Shown here: positions 34,592 to 43,323 of the stretch, piece after piece
Numbering within the stretch: position 1 is the first letter of the stretch
How the letters are laid out: each line of letters starts with the position of its first letter
DNA from: an uncultured Rhodospirillaceae bacterium
GTDB lineage: Bacteria; Pseudomonadota; Alphaproteobacteria; UBA2966
NCBI GenBank assembly: GCA_964401845.1
Contig: CAYOAD010000002.1
Coordinates: 1 to 62,728, forward strand
Length of the DNA: 62,728 bases
Direction of reading: 5' to 3'
Translations under genes and position numbers: made by a program
Notes under the pieces: model-generated
The model's database searches: none
What the model was told of the DNA's origin: nothing
What the model saw: the letters and a program-made list of their open reading frames with translations, nothing else

Positions 34592-35653
34592 TCATGTCAG
34601 CCACCTTTCGAGATTGGCCGCGACGAATTCATCGTCGGCCAGATCGCCGTGTTCGTCATACACCCTGTCGATCAACTCAGCCTGGCCGGAGCTCAATCCT
34701 TCCTGTGGATCGAGGCACCATATTCCTTCGAGCAATCCCTGACGGCGCATCACCTCGTGGCAGCCGGCAATACAGCCCGCGAAATCGTTGGCGACGTCGA
34801 AGAACGCCGCGTTGCAATCGGTGACCCGAGAATCGAGCGCCAACAAGCCGTCCTCGACGGCGCCGGTCCCGGCGGCGGCGTGGGCGCGGGCCAGCAGTTC
34901 GACGGCGGGTTTGACCCAGACGCTCCAGTGCCCCAGCAGACCGCCCTTGATGCGCACCGTCACCGCCCCGTCGCCGCGGCGGACGACAAACGGCGTGACC
35001 AGATCGAGCACGATGTGATCGTCGTTGCCGGTGTAGAGGGTCACGCGGTCCTCCGCCCCGGCCGCCACCACGCCCCGCACGACGTCGAGGGTGCGGTAGC
35101 GGTTGAAGGGCGCCATTTTAATGGCGATGACGTTGTCTATGGCGGCAAAGCGGCGCCAAAAATCCTCGCCCAGCAGAACCCCGCCGACGGCGGGCTGGAG
35201 GTAAAATCCGACCAAAGGGATTTCCGAGGCCACGGCCTGGCAATGGTCGATGATCTCGTCTTCGGAGCGGCCCTTGAAAGCCGCGAGGCTCAATAAGCCG
35301 GCGTGATAACCGAGCCCGACGGCGGTCCGGGCTTCGTCGGTTGCCTGGCCCGTCGGGCCGATGACGCCGGCGATCATGACAAGGGGATTTCCGCTCCAAT
35401 TCCGCGCCGTCTTCGCCGCCAGGGACAACACCGGTTCATAAAGCCCATGATCGCGAATTTCGAATTGGGTGGTGTGGACGCCAACCGCCAATCCCCCGGC
35501 ACCGGCGTCGACATAATAGCGCGTCAGCGCCTTTTGACGCCGTTCATCCAGCGATCGCGCACCGTCCAGGGCCAGCGGATGGGCGGGAATGACACACCCC
35601 TGCTGCAACAGCGTCAGCACGTCGTCGGGGATTTCACTGCGATGAAGGGCCAT
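34592..35653 (-). CDS. DapA/dihydrodipicolinate-synthase-like class I aldolase family protein
   Basis: 353 aa. AGAGGLAVGVHTTQF, GYHAGLL, and a probable Schiff-base Lys in NVIAIKMAPF. Longer than canonical DapA/NanA. Confidence 0.7.
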   Translation of the reverse strand: MALHRSEIPDDVLTLLQQGCVIPAHPLALDGARSLDERRQKALTRYYVDAGAGGLAVGVHTTQFEIRDHGLYEPVLSLAAKTARNWSGNPLVMIAGVIGPTGQATDEARTAVGLGYHAGLLSLAAFKGRSEDEIIDHCQAVASEIPLVGFYLQPAVGGVLLGEDFWRRFAAIDNVIAIKMAPFNRYRTLDVVRGVVAAGAEDRVTLYTGNDDHIVLDLVTPFVVRRGDGAVTVRIKGGLLGHWSVWVKPAVELLARAHAAAGTGAVEDGLLALDSRVTDCNAAFFDVANDFAGCIAGCHEVMRRQGLLEGIWCLDPQEGLSSGQAELIDRVYDEHGDLADDEFVAANLERWLT

Positions 35654-35772
35654 TCGGGGTTCCGCCCGTCAAAAGTAACCAATTAGTTATTTTTTGCCTT
35701 GCGCCGTCGGCTTTGTCAATTAATACTCTAATCCTTGGTCATTCGAAAATGTCCAACCAGGGAGGACAATCC

Positions 35773-36765
35773 ATGATTCGCTCATTAAAACTCTTTGCCG
35801 CCGCCGCAACGGCAGTCGGCCTGATCGGCGCGGCCCAGGCCAGCGCCGCTCCGAAAATCGATTTTATCCTGAATTGGATCGCCGGCGGCGACCACGCGCC
35901 CTACTACTACGCCCAGAAGATGGGCTGGTACAAGGACGCCGGTCTCGATCTCAACATCCAGCAGGGCAAGGGCTCTTCCATGTCGGCCCAGCGAACCGGT
36001 GCAGGCAAGAACCAGATCGGCCTGGCCGATATGCCGCCCGTCTTCGCCGCCATCGCCAAGGGCGCCGACCTGGTGGCCGTCATGAACATCTACGCCAACA
36101 GCCCCTACGGCTTCTATTGGCTGAAAAGCTCGGGCATCAACGGGCCGAAGGATTTCGCCGGCAAGAAGATCGGCAACCCGCCCTGGGATGCCGCGCGCAA
36201 GATGTGGCCGGCTTTCGCCGCCAATGTTGGCATCGGCGAAAAATCGGTCAAATGGATCAACATCCAGCCCAACGCCAAGCTGTCGGCGTTGAAGGCAGGC
36301 TCGATCGACGTCACGACCTCGTTCTACAACATTCACCATATCTTCCAGAAACTGCTAGGCGCGGACATGGGGTATGTCTCGGGCAAAGCCCACGGCGTCA
36401 ACCCCTACGGTAACTCGATCATCGTCAACGGCGAGTTCCTTAGGGCCAACAAGTCCGCGGTGGCAGCCTTCGTCAAGGTCAACCAGCGTGCCTTCCACGC
36501 CTGCGCCAAAGACGCGGCGCCTTGCATTGCCGCCCTGGTGGAAGCCAACAAGGGCCTGAAGGCCGCCAACGAAACGACGAACTGGGGCCTTGTGAAGGAA
36601 CTGATGACCGACGCCACCTCGACCGGTGTCGGCCTCGGCTACATGGATGAGGCGCGGATGAATAAATCCTACGAAATATTCAAACCGTTCCTCGACAAGC
36701 CCTTCGACATGTCGAAGCACTTCAGCAACGAGTTCATCGACAAAAGCATCAAGATGCCGAAGTAG
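35773..36765 (+). CDS. ABC transporter substrate-binding protein (NMT1/THI5-like, NitT/TauT type)
   Basis: Signal peptide MIRSLKLFAAAATAVGLIGAAQASA followed by KIDFILNWIAGGDHAPYYYAQKMGWYKDAGLDL. GGGAGGA lies 6-7 nt before ATG 35773. The ORF-track start at 35713 is an extension. Confidence 0.85.
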   Translation: MIRSLKLFAAAATAVGLIGAAQASAAPKIDFILNWIAGGDHAPYYYAQKMGWYKDAGLDLNIQQGKGSSMSAQRTGAGKNQIGLADMPPVFAAIAKGADLVAVMNIYANSPYGFYWLKSSGINGPKDFAGKKIGNPPWDAARKMWPAFAANVGIGEKSVKWINIQPNAKLSALKAGSIDVTTSFYNIHHIFQKLLGADMGYVSGKAHGVNPYGNSIIVNGEFLRANKSAVAAFVKVNQRAFHACAKDAAPCIAALVEANKGLKAANETTNWGLVKELMTDATSTGVGLGYMDEARMNKSYEIFKPFLDKPFDMSKHFSNEFIDKSIKMPK

Positions 36766-36796
36766 GCTTTATCTACCCTCATATGTGGGGACCGGG

Positions 36797-36826
36797 ACGG
36801 GGACACGCCATCACGCGTGTCCCCGT
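36797..36826. terminator. GC-rich hairpin between convergent genes; putative bidirectional terminator without a T-tract
   Basis: ACGGGGACACGC (36797-36808) pairs perfectly with GCGTGTCCCCGT (36815-36826). Loop is CATCAC. Confidence 0.45.
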
Positions 36827-36833
36827 TCCACGT

Positions 36834-37733
36834 TCAGCTCAACTCAGGACCGGCGATGGCAAACACGCGGGCGGGATCCTCGAACGGTTCAGTGCGGCCC
36901 TTGAGCATTCGGGTGAAGGGACGCTGAGGCGTAAATCCACGGGTTGCCAACCAGGCACCGAAGCCCTCGTGGTGATCGGCGACATCCATGTAGACCGGGC
37001 CCTCGACCGCGGATAGCGCGCGCTCGGCAAGGGCTGTCGCCACTTCCTCGTCAACAGCCACCAGCGGCCCGACCTGGCTGCTGTCACGGCCATCACGGCC
37101 CATGACGTAGCCGGCGATTTCACCGGTCAGGTCCAGCCTCGCCAACCAAGCACAGCCGGGCTGACGCTCCCTCAGATGGGCCAGGATTTGCCGCCGTTCG
37201 CCGCCGTACCGCGGTGCATCGAAATTGGCCACGGCATCCACGTCATCCGCCGCGATGGGGAGGATCGATATGCCCGCCGGTACGGCCAGCGGTGTTGCCC
37301 AGCGCGGGCTATCGCCGGCTTGCAGCCGCTGGATGGCGAAGATGTCCTCAAACCCCAAGGGACCATAGAGTTCCCTGCCGGCCGGCGTTGCGTCCAGTCC
37401 CGGTACGAGCCCCCTCGCTTCGACCTCGGCGATGCAATGGCGCAAAAGCTCGGTCGCGATGCCGCGGCGCTGGAAGTCCTCCGACACCAGCACCATGCTG
37501 ATCCAGGCGAATTCATCGCCCTGCGGTAAAATCAGCGCCGAGGCCGCCAGGAGATCGTCGTCGTCGCGCAGGCCGAAGGCCGTCCCGGCCTCGATCATCA
37601 AACGCCAGTCGTCCTCGGTCTGGTTCCAACCCGCTTCCTCGGACAGCACGACGCCCTCCGCCGCCTGATAGGGTTTGAGGATGCCAAGCGGAAGGCCGGC
37701 TATTTCAACTCGGTCCACGTCAGTAGGTGCCAT
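36834..37733 (-). CDS. GNAT family N-acetyltransferase, two-domain form
   Basis: Acetyl-CoA block VSEDFQRRGIATELLRHCIAE and a second GNAT-like half. Start preferred at ATG 37733 (MAPTDVDRVEI), which overlaps the upstream stop by 14 nt. The ORF track starts at 37778. Confidence 0.7.
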   Translation of the reverse strand: MAPTDVDRVEIAGLPLGILKPYQAAEGVVLSEEAGWNQTEDDWRLMIEAGTAFGLRDDDDLLAASALILPQGDEFAWISMVLVSEDFQRRGIATELLRHCIAEVEARGLVPGLDATPAGRELYGPLGFEDIFAIQRLQAGDSPRWATPLAVPAGISILPIAADDVDAVANFDAPRYGGERRQILAHLRERQPGCAWLARLDLTGEIAGYVMGRDGRDSSQVGPLVAVDEEVATALAERALSAVEGPVYMDVADHHEGFGAWLATRGFTPQRPFTRMLKGRTEPFEDPARVFAIAGPELS

Positions 37734-38763
37734 CGCGCGCTTCGTAGTGCGTTGGCTTGCCCAGGCTCGACCGGCCACGCCGCAGCCAGTCCGCCGTCCA
37801 GTCGACCATCCTCTCGACGCCGATGACCGGCGATCCGAACAGCGAGACCGACTTCGAGGTGTTGGTCAGCCAGGCGCTGGCGGCGGGTTCACCCGTCAAG
37901 TGGGGCTCGACACCGAAGCGTTCGGCGAACGAGCGCGCCAGCTCGGCCACCAGCAGGGTCTCCGGACCGGACACATTGATCGCGCCCATCGGCGACGTAC
38001 AATGACGCAGGCATCTGAGCGCCTGTGAGATGGCATCGCCCTGCCAGATGATATTGACGTGCCCCATGCCGAGATCGATGGTCTCTCCAGCCAGCACTTT
38101 GGCGGCAACATCGTGCAGAACGCCGTAGCGCATATCGATGGCGTAGTTGAGCCGGAACATGATGCCCGCAGTGCCGTGCAGAGAAGAGAAGTATTCGAAC
38201 ATGCGCTCCCGCCCAAGGCAGGAATTGGCATATTCGCCGGCGGGCGGAATGGGCGGCGTTTCCTCGGTGGCGCCGCCCGAATCGATATCCACGAAGGGAT
38301 AGACGCAGCCGGTGGAAAAAATCACGATGCGGCTGTCGGTGAAGGCCTGAGCAACGACGGTCGGTACATGGACATTCATGGCCCAGGTCAGTTCCTCGTT
38401 GCCTTGGGTACCGAACTTGCGCCCCGCCATGAACACGACGTTTTCAAGCTTGGGCAGTGCCGCGACGGCGTCCGGGTCGAGCAAATCACAGGCGATTGTC
38501 TCGACGCCCCAGGCTTCGAGCTTGCCGCGCACGTCCGCATCGCTGAAACGGGCGACGCCGACGACGCGTTTTTCAGGTGCGGCGCGTTTGGCCAGCCGGG
38601 CCAACGTCGGCCCCATCTTGCCGCCGACGCCGAGCACCATGATGTCGCCCTCCAAACCCGCCAGATCGTCGATCAACGCCTGGCTCGGCAGCGTCATGAA
38701 ATCCTCAAGCGCCTCTTCATCCTCGAAGGCCTCCGGGGCCCCGTCCGCCGTCAGCAAATCCAT
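37720..38763 (-). CDS. NAD(P)-binding epimerase/dehydratase-like (extended SDR fold) protein
   Basis: IMVLGVGGKMGPTLARLAKR dinucleotide motif plus an STGCVYP block. Start preferred at ATG 38763 (MDLLTADG) after GAGGG. The ORF track starts at 38841, inside the upstream gene. Confidence 0.7.
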   Translation of the reverse strand: MDLLTADGAPEAFEDEEALEDFMTLPSQALIDDLAGLEGDIMVLGVGGKMGPTLARLAKRAAPEKRVVGVARFSDADVRGKLEAWGVETIACDLLDPDAVAALPKLENVVFMAGRKFGTQGNEELTWAMNVHVPTVVAQAFTDSRIVIFSTGCVYPFVDIDSGGATEETPPIPPAGEYANSCLGRERMFEYFSSLHGTAGIMFRLNYAIDMRYGVLHDVAAKVLAGETIDLGMGHVNIIWQGDAISQALRCLRHCTSPMGAINVSGPETLLVAELARSFAERFGVEPHLTGEPAASAWLTNTSKSVSLFGSPVIGVERMVDWTADWLRRGRSSLGKPTHYEARDGTY

Positions 38764-38783
38764 CAAATTACCCTCAACTCGGT

Positions 38784-39548
38784 TCAGTCGATCTGTGACT
38801 TGTCCTTGTACATGACGCGATGACGCGTCGTCCGTACCCATTCCTCGATGTCTTCGAGCGATTGGTAGTTCGCCATGTCGTATTTCCCGAAGCTGGCGAT
38901 TTCGCCAAATTCCTTTTTCCAGCGGTCATAAGGAGGCTTGGCGGGCGGGCCGAAACACATGATGTCGATGACCGACAGGTCCTCCGGCACGCCCAGCAAC
39001 GGCTTCAGGTCGTTCTGGGCGTCCTCCTGGCCGATCGCCGTGACCCACCAGACCGCGTAGCCCAGCGCCGCCGCCGCGAGGTGCGCCGCCATGGTCGCCG
39101 AAGCCACCGACTGCAGCAGGATGCGTTCGGCGTTCTGATGGTACATGCGGTCGAGCTCCGAGCCGTCGTTGAGCACGGGAAAGGCGTTGACGTAGCGGAA
39201 GTCGGCAACGATGGCGATCAGGCCGGGCGCCGTCTTCATGCCACTGTAATTCGGTGTGGGAAATTTCATCTTCATCTTGGCCCGCCTGCTCGCCTCGGCC
39301 ACGAAGTAATCGCCCAGGTCCGCTTTCGCCCGGCCGTCTTCAACCACGATGAAATGCCAGGGCTGGGCGTTGGCGCCCGACGGACTGTGGCGGGCCGCTT
39401 CAAGGATCATGCCGTAGTGTTCCGGCGGCACCACAAAATCGGGATCGAAGGCCCGGGATGTGCGCCGCGACAAGACGATTTCCATCAGCGTTTCATAGCG
39501 CGCCACGGCATCGTCGGTTCCGGGTACGGCAATCGCATGTTCGGTCAT
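38784..39548 (-). CDS. nitroreductase family (FMN) protein with C-terminal extension
   Basis: RRTSRAFDPDFVVPPEHYGMILEAARHSPSGANAQPWHFIVVED is the classic nitroreductase N-terminal block. 254 aa. Confidence 0.85.
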   Translation of the reverse strand: MTEHAIAVPGTDDAVARYETLMEIVLSRRTSRAFDPDFVVPPEHYGMILEAARHSPSGANAQPWHFIVVEDGRAKADLGDYFVAEASRRAKMKMKFPTPNYSGMKTAPGLIAIVADFRYVNAFPVLNDGSELDRMYHQNAERILLQSVASATMAAHLAAAALGYAVWWVTAIGQEDAQNDLKPLLGVPEDLSVIDIMCFGPPAKPPYDRWKKEFGEIASFGKYDMANYQSLEDIEEWVRTTRHRVMYKDKSQID

Positions 39549-39565
39549 GACATCCTCTGGTTAGG

Positions 39566-41881
39566 CTAAGCGTCGTCGGATTGTAGCAGACGCCAGATTT
39601 TTTCCGACGTCAGCGGCAAGGAAAGTTCGGCGGCTGCGGACAGTCCGAGCGCGTCGAACACGGCATTGGCCGCCGCCGCCGGCGCGCCGATGCTGCCCAG
39701 TTCACCCACGCCTTTGACGCCGAGCCGGTTGTTGGGCGACGGACTGACCAGGCTAACGTGGTCGATCTCGGGCAGATCCTCGGCCCGTGGCACGACGTAG
39801 TCCATCCAGGAACCGCTGAGCAATTGCCCCGTATCCGGCGCATGAACAACGTCTTCCCACAATGCCTGTCCGATGCCCTGAACGATGCCGCCGTGCATCT
39901 GAGCCGCCACCAGGGCGGGATTGATCATGTTGCCGGCGTCGAGAACCGACGTGATCCGCTCAACGACGGCCTCTCCGGTTTCAGGATCGATCTCGACCTC
40001 GCAAATGATGCAGCCCTGCGGGAACGTCGCCTTCTGGTCCTCGAAGCGGGACTGGCCTTCGATACCGCCTTGCAAGTCTGCCGGCAATCCGTCGCCGGCG
40101 ACGGCTTTGGCGGCCAACTCGTAAAGGCCGATCGCGCGGTCGGTGCCGCTGATGCGGTATGTGCCGTGCTCGAGTTCGATGTCGGCAACCGCCGCCTCCA
40201 AATAGTGGGCCGCCAGTTTGCGCCCTTTGTCGGCGGCCCGCTCGGCGGCGCGCGACAGCGTGGCCCCCGAGATCACGGTCGAGGACGAACCGCCGGTGCC
40301 GCCGCCCCTGGGCACCACGGCGGTATCGCCCTCGATGACACGGATCTCGGCGTAGGGTAGGTCGAATTCGGCGGCGACGAGTTGGGCGAATATGGTTTCA
40401 TGTCCCTGCCCGCCGGTCTGGCCGCCGGCCAGGGCGCTGACGAAGCCGTCCGGGTGGACCTCGACGATGGCCTGTTCATCGGCGATGCCGCCGGTGCCGT
40501 GGACATAGAGGGATATGCCGATACCACGTTTGCGGCCCGATGCTTCGCTGGCCGCGCGCCGTGGGGCAAACCCCGACCAGTCGGCCTTGTCCAACGCCGC
40601 ATCGTAGACCGCACCATAATCGCCGCTGTCGTACACCATGCCGACCGGCGTGGTGTATGGCATGGCTCTTTGAGGCAGCAGATTGAGCCGGCGCAATTCC
40701 ATCGGATCGCGGCCGGTTTGGGCCGCCGCCACATCGACGACGCGTTCCAGCATGGTGGCCGGATCGACGGAGCCGGAACCGCGGAAGGCATCGACCGGCA
40801 CGGTATTGGTGAAGGCACCGCGCACCCTCAGACTGATCGCGGGGATGGCGTACGACCCCGACACCACCCGCGCCATGCCGGTCGTCAGGATGCCCGGCCC
40901 GAAGGTCGAGAGATAGGCGCCCAGGTCGCCGACGGCGGATATTCTGAAAGCTGTGAACTTACCCTGCGCATCCAAGGCCAATTCCACCTTGGCGGATTGC
41001 GCTCGGGACTGAACGTCCGAGAGGAAGGCTTCGTTTCGGTCCTGCTCCCAGCGGATCGGACAGTTCAACGCCTCGGCCGCGAAGACCACCGCGGCGTGTT
41101 CGGGATAGGCGAAGAATTTGGGCCCGAAGCCGCCTCCGACGTCGCCGGTGACGACCCTGAGCCAGTCCTTGGGCTTGGTGAAAACCCGCTCGGCGATCAA
41201 CATCTGGAGAAGATGGACGCCCTGAGAGGGGCAATAGAGCGTGATTCCGCCGTCCGTCGGCCTGGCGATGGCGACGCGGGTCTCGACGGCGGCGTAGTGG
41301 ACCTTGTTGCCGATAAAATCCAACTCGGCCCGGTGATCGGCGGCGGCGAACGCGGCTTCGGCCTCCTCGCCGTTGCCCGCGCTCCAGTCGTAGCAGAGGT
41401 TTCCGGGCGCCTCGTCCCAGACCTGTGGAGCGTCTTTGCGCAACGCGGCATACTCGCCGATGGCGGCCGGACGTTCGGCATATTCGACATACACCGCATC
41501 CGCCGCCTCCCGTGCCCGCGCCGCCGTTGTCGCGATCACCATGGCGACGCTTTCGCCGACATAGCGGACGCGATCCTTCGCCAAAACGGGACGCGCCGGT
41601 TCAATCATCGCGGAACCGTCGCTACTGGTGACGGGGTTGATGGTCGGAATTGCCCCCAGGTAACTGGTATCCTCGGCGCTATAGATGGCGGCGACACCCG
41701 GCATCTGACAGGCTTCGGCCGGATCGAACAGCACGATATCGGCATGGGCATGGGGACTGCGCACGAAAGCCGCGAACATTTCGCCCTCAAAGCGCAGATT
41801 GGCGCTGAAAGTGCCGCGCCCGGTTAACAGGCGCTCGTCCTCAAGCCGTACGACCGGTTGGCCCACGCTGGTGTCGTTCAT
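39566..41881 (-). CDS. xanthine dehydrogenase / aldehyde oxidase / CoxL-family molybdopterin-binding large subunit
   Basis: 771 aa. N-terminal a/b-hammerhead VVRLEDERLLTGRGTFSANL, AFRGSGS block, C-terminal catalytic-Glu block KGVGELGSIGAP. No N-terminal 2Fe-2S domain. Confidence 0.9.
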   Translation of the reverse strand: MNDTSVGQPVVRLEDERLLTGRGTFSANLRFEGEMFAAFVRSPHAHADIVLFDPAEACQMPGVAAIYSAEDTSYLGAIPTINPVTSSDGSAMIEPARPVLAKDRVRYVGESVAMVIATTAARAREAADAVYVEYAERPAAIGEYAALRKDAPQVWDEAPGNLCYDWSAGNGEEAEAAFAAADHRAELDFIGNKVHYAAVETRVAIARPTDGGITLYCPSQGVHLLQMLIAERVFTKPKDWLRVVTGDVGGGFGPKFFAYPEHAAVVFAAEALNCPIRWEQDRNEAFLSDVQSRAQSAKVELALDAQGKFTAFRISAVGDLGAYLSTFGPGILTTGMARVVSGSYAIPAISLRVRGAFTNTVPVDAFRGSGSVDPATMLERVVDVAAAQTGRDPMELRRLNLLPQRAMPYTTPVGMVYDSGDYGAVYDAALDKADWSGFAPRRAASEASGRKRGIGISLYVHGTGGIADEQAIVEVHPDGFVSALAGGQTGGQGHETIFAQLVAAEFDLPYAEIRVIEGDTAVVPRGGGTGGSSSTVISGATLSRAAERAADKGRKLAAHYLEAAVADIELEHGTYRISGTDRAIGLYELAAKAVAGDGLPADLQGGIEGQSRFEDQKATFPQGCIICEVEIDPETGEAVVERITSVLDAGNMINPALVAAQMHGGIVQGIGQALWEDVVHAPDTGQLLSGSWMDYVVPRAEDLPEIDHVSLVSPSPNNRLGVKGVGELGSIGAPAAAANAVFDALGLSAAAELSLPLTSEKIWRLLQSDDA

Positions 41882-41977
41882 TTGCTGCTCCGGGAGGAAC
41901 GATGGGTTGACGAACGCCTAGCTTGCCGCGAGCATCGGCAGCGATCAATGCTTAGTCCCCGTTTGGAGAGGAATTTC

Positions 41978-42790
41978 ATGGCTGGCGACTTGAAAATTGC
42001 CATCGGCGGTTTCGGCGCTGTGGGACGGGAAGTCGCGCGGCGTCTCGACAAGGGGATACCTGGCCTCAAGCTGTCGGCGGTGTCGGCGCGTGACCTGAAA
42101 AAAGCCCAGGCCAACATGGTGGATTTCCGCGCGCCCGTGCCCGTCATCCCGATCGCCAAATTACCGGACGGCGCGGATCTTGTCATCGAAGCCCTGCCGG
42201 CCGCCTGCTTCCGGGAAATAGCGGAGGCGACGCTGAAGGCGGGCAAGATATTCATGCCTCTTTCCTGTGGCCAGCTTCTCGAGCACTGGGACGTTGTGGA
42301 TCTGGCGACGACCTACGGCGGCCGGGTCATCGTTCCAACAGGGGCGTTGTTGGGCCTGGACGCCGTCCGAGCCGCCGCCGAGGGAGAGATATCCAGCGTG
42401 CGCATGGTCACACGCAAACCTCCCGGCGGCCTGAAAGGCGCGCCGTTCGTTGATGACAACGATATCGATCTCGACGCCGTGTCATCGCCCTTGAAGCTGT
42501 TCGAGGGATCGGCCAGGGAAGCGATCCCCGGTTTTCCTGCCAATCTCAATGTCGCCGTTGCGCTCAGCCTGGCGGGCGTCGGACCGGACAAGACGATGCT
42601 TGAAATCTGGGCCGACCCCACCATCAGCCGCAACAGCCACGAAATTCACGTCGATGCCGACTCCGCCCGATTTTCCTTGAAAATAGAAGGGGTTCCGACG
42701 GAAGAGAACCCACGCACCGGGAAAATCACCGCGCTGAGCACGGTCGCCTGTCTGCGCGGCCTGGTATCGGCGCTTAAGGTTGGAACCTAG
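41978..42790 (+). CDS. aspartate-dehydrogenase-like (NadX/DUF108) NAD(P)-binding protein
   Basis: LKIAIGGFGAVGREVARRL Rossmann motif. GALLGLDAVRAAAEG and NLNVAVALSLAG blocks typical of L-aspartate dehydrogenase homologues. ATG 41978 follows GGAGAGG. The ORF-track start at 41858 is an extension. Confidence 0.75.
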   Translation: MAGDLKIAIGGFGAVGREVARRLDKGIPGLKLSAVSARDLKKAQANMVDFRAPVPVIPIAKLPDGADLVIEALPAACFREIAEATLKAGKIFMPLSCGQLLEHWDVVDLATTYGGRVIVPTGALLGLDAVRAAAEGEISSVRMVTRKPPGGLKGAPFVDDNDIDLDAVSSPLKLFEGSAREAIPGFPANLNVAVALSLAGVGPDKTMLEIWADPTISRNSHEIHVDADSARFSLKIEGVPTEENPRTGKITALSTVACLRGLVSALKVGT

Positions 42791-42906
42791 TATTGAACAA
42801 GCTTCCGATCCGACATGGATTGGCGTTTGGTTGAATAAATCCTATTATCCATTGTCCGAACTAGGTGCTTCTTTGGGACCGCATTGAATCTCTGGAGGGG
42901 TTGCGG

Positions 42907-43323
42907 GTGGCGAAGAATTTGGATTCCGATAAGGCCGGCCGCCGGCTGGTGCTGGGGGTGGATGATGATCATATGATCATCTCATTCCTTTCCACCGTCG
43001 TCCGGGGTGAGAATTACGCATTCACCGGCGCCAAGAGCGCCGAAGAGGCGATGCCGATAATCATCCGAGACCGCCCGGACATGATATTTCTCGACATGCA
43101 CATGCCGGGAAAGGATGGTGTCGAATTGTGCCGTGAAATCCGCGAAAAAATGACCGAATACCAGGCGCCGATCGTTTTCCTCACAGCCGATCATGAAGAG
43201 AAGGCGGTCAAGCAGGCCATTGCCGCCGGAGGCAACGATTACCTCGTAAAACCGGTGAGCCCGAACAGCGTGATGGAGCGGTTGAAACGCTGGCTGCCCG
43301 AAGGCGCACAGAAAAAGCCCTAA
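42907..43323 (+). CDS. single-domain response regulator (CheY-like receiver only)
   Basis: Acidic pocket VDDD, phospho-acceptor FLDMHMPGKDG, FLTA, YLVKP. No output domain. GTG 42907 is preceded by GGAGGGG at 8 nt; the ORF track starts at GTG 42865. Confidence 0.85.
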   Translation: MAKNLDSDKAGRRLVLGVDDDHMIISFLSTVVRGENYAFTGAKSAEEAMPIIIRDRPDMIFLDMHMPGKDGVELCREIREKMTEYQAPIVFLTADHEEKAVKQAIAAGGNDYLVKPVSPNSVMERLKRWLPEGAQKKP

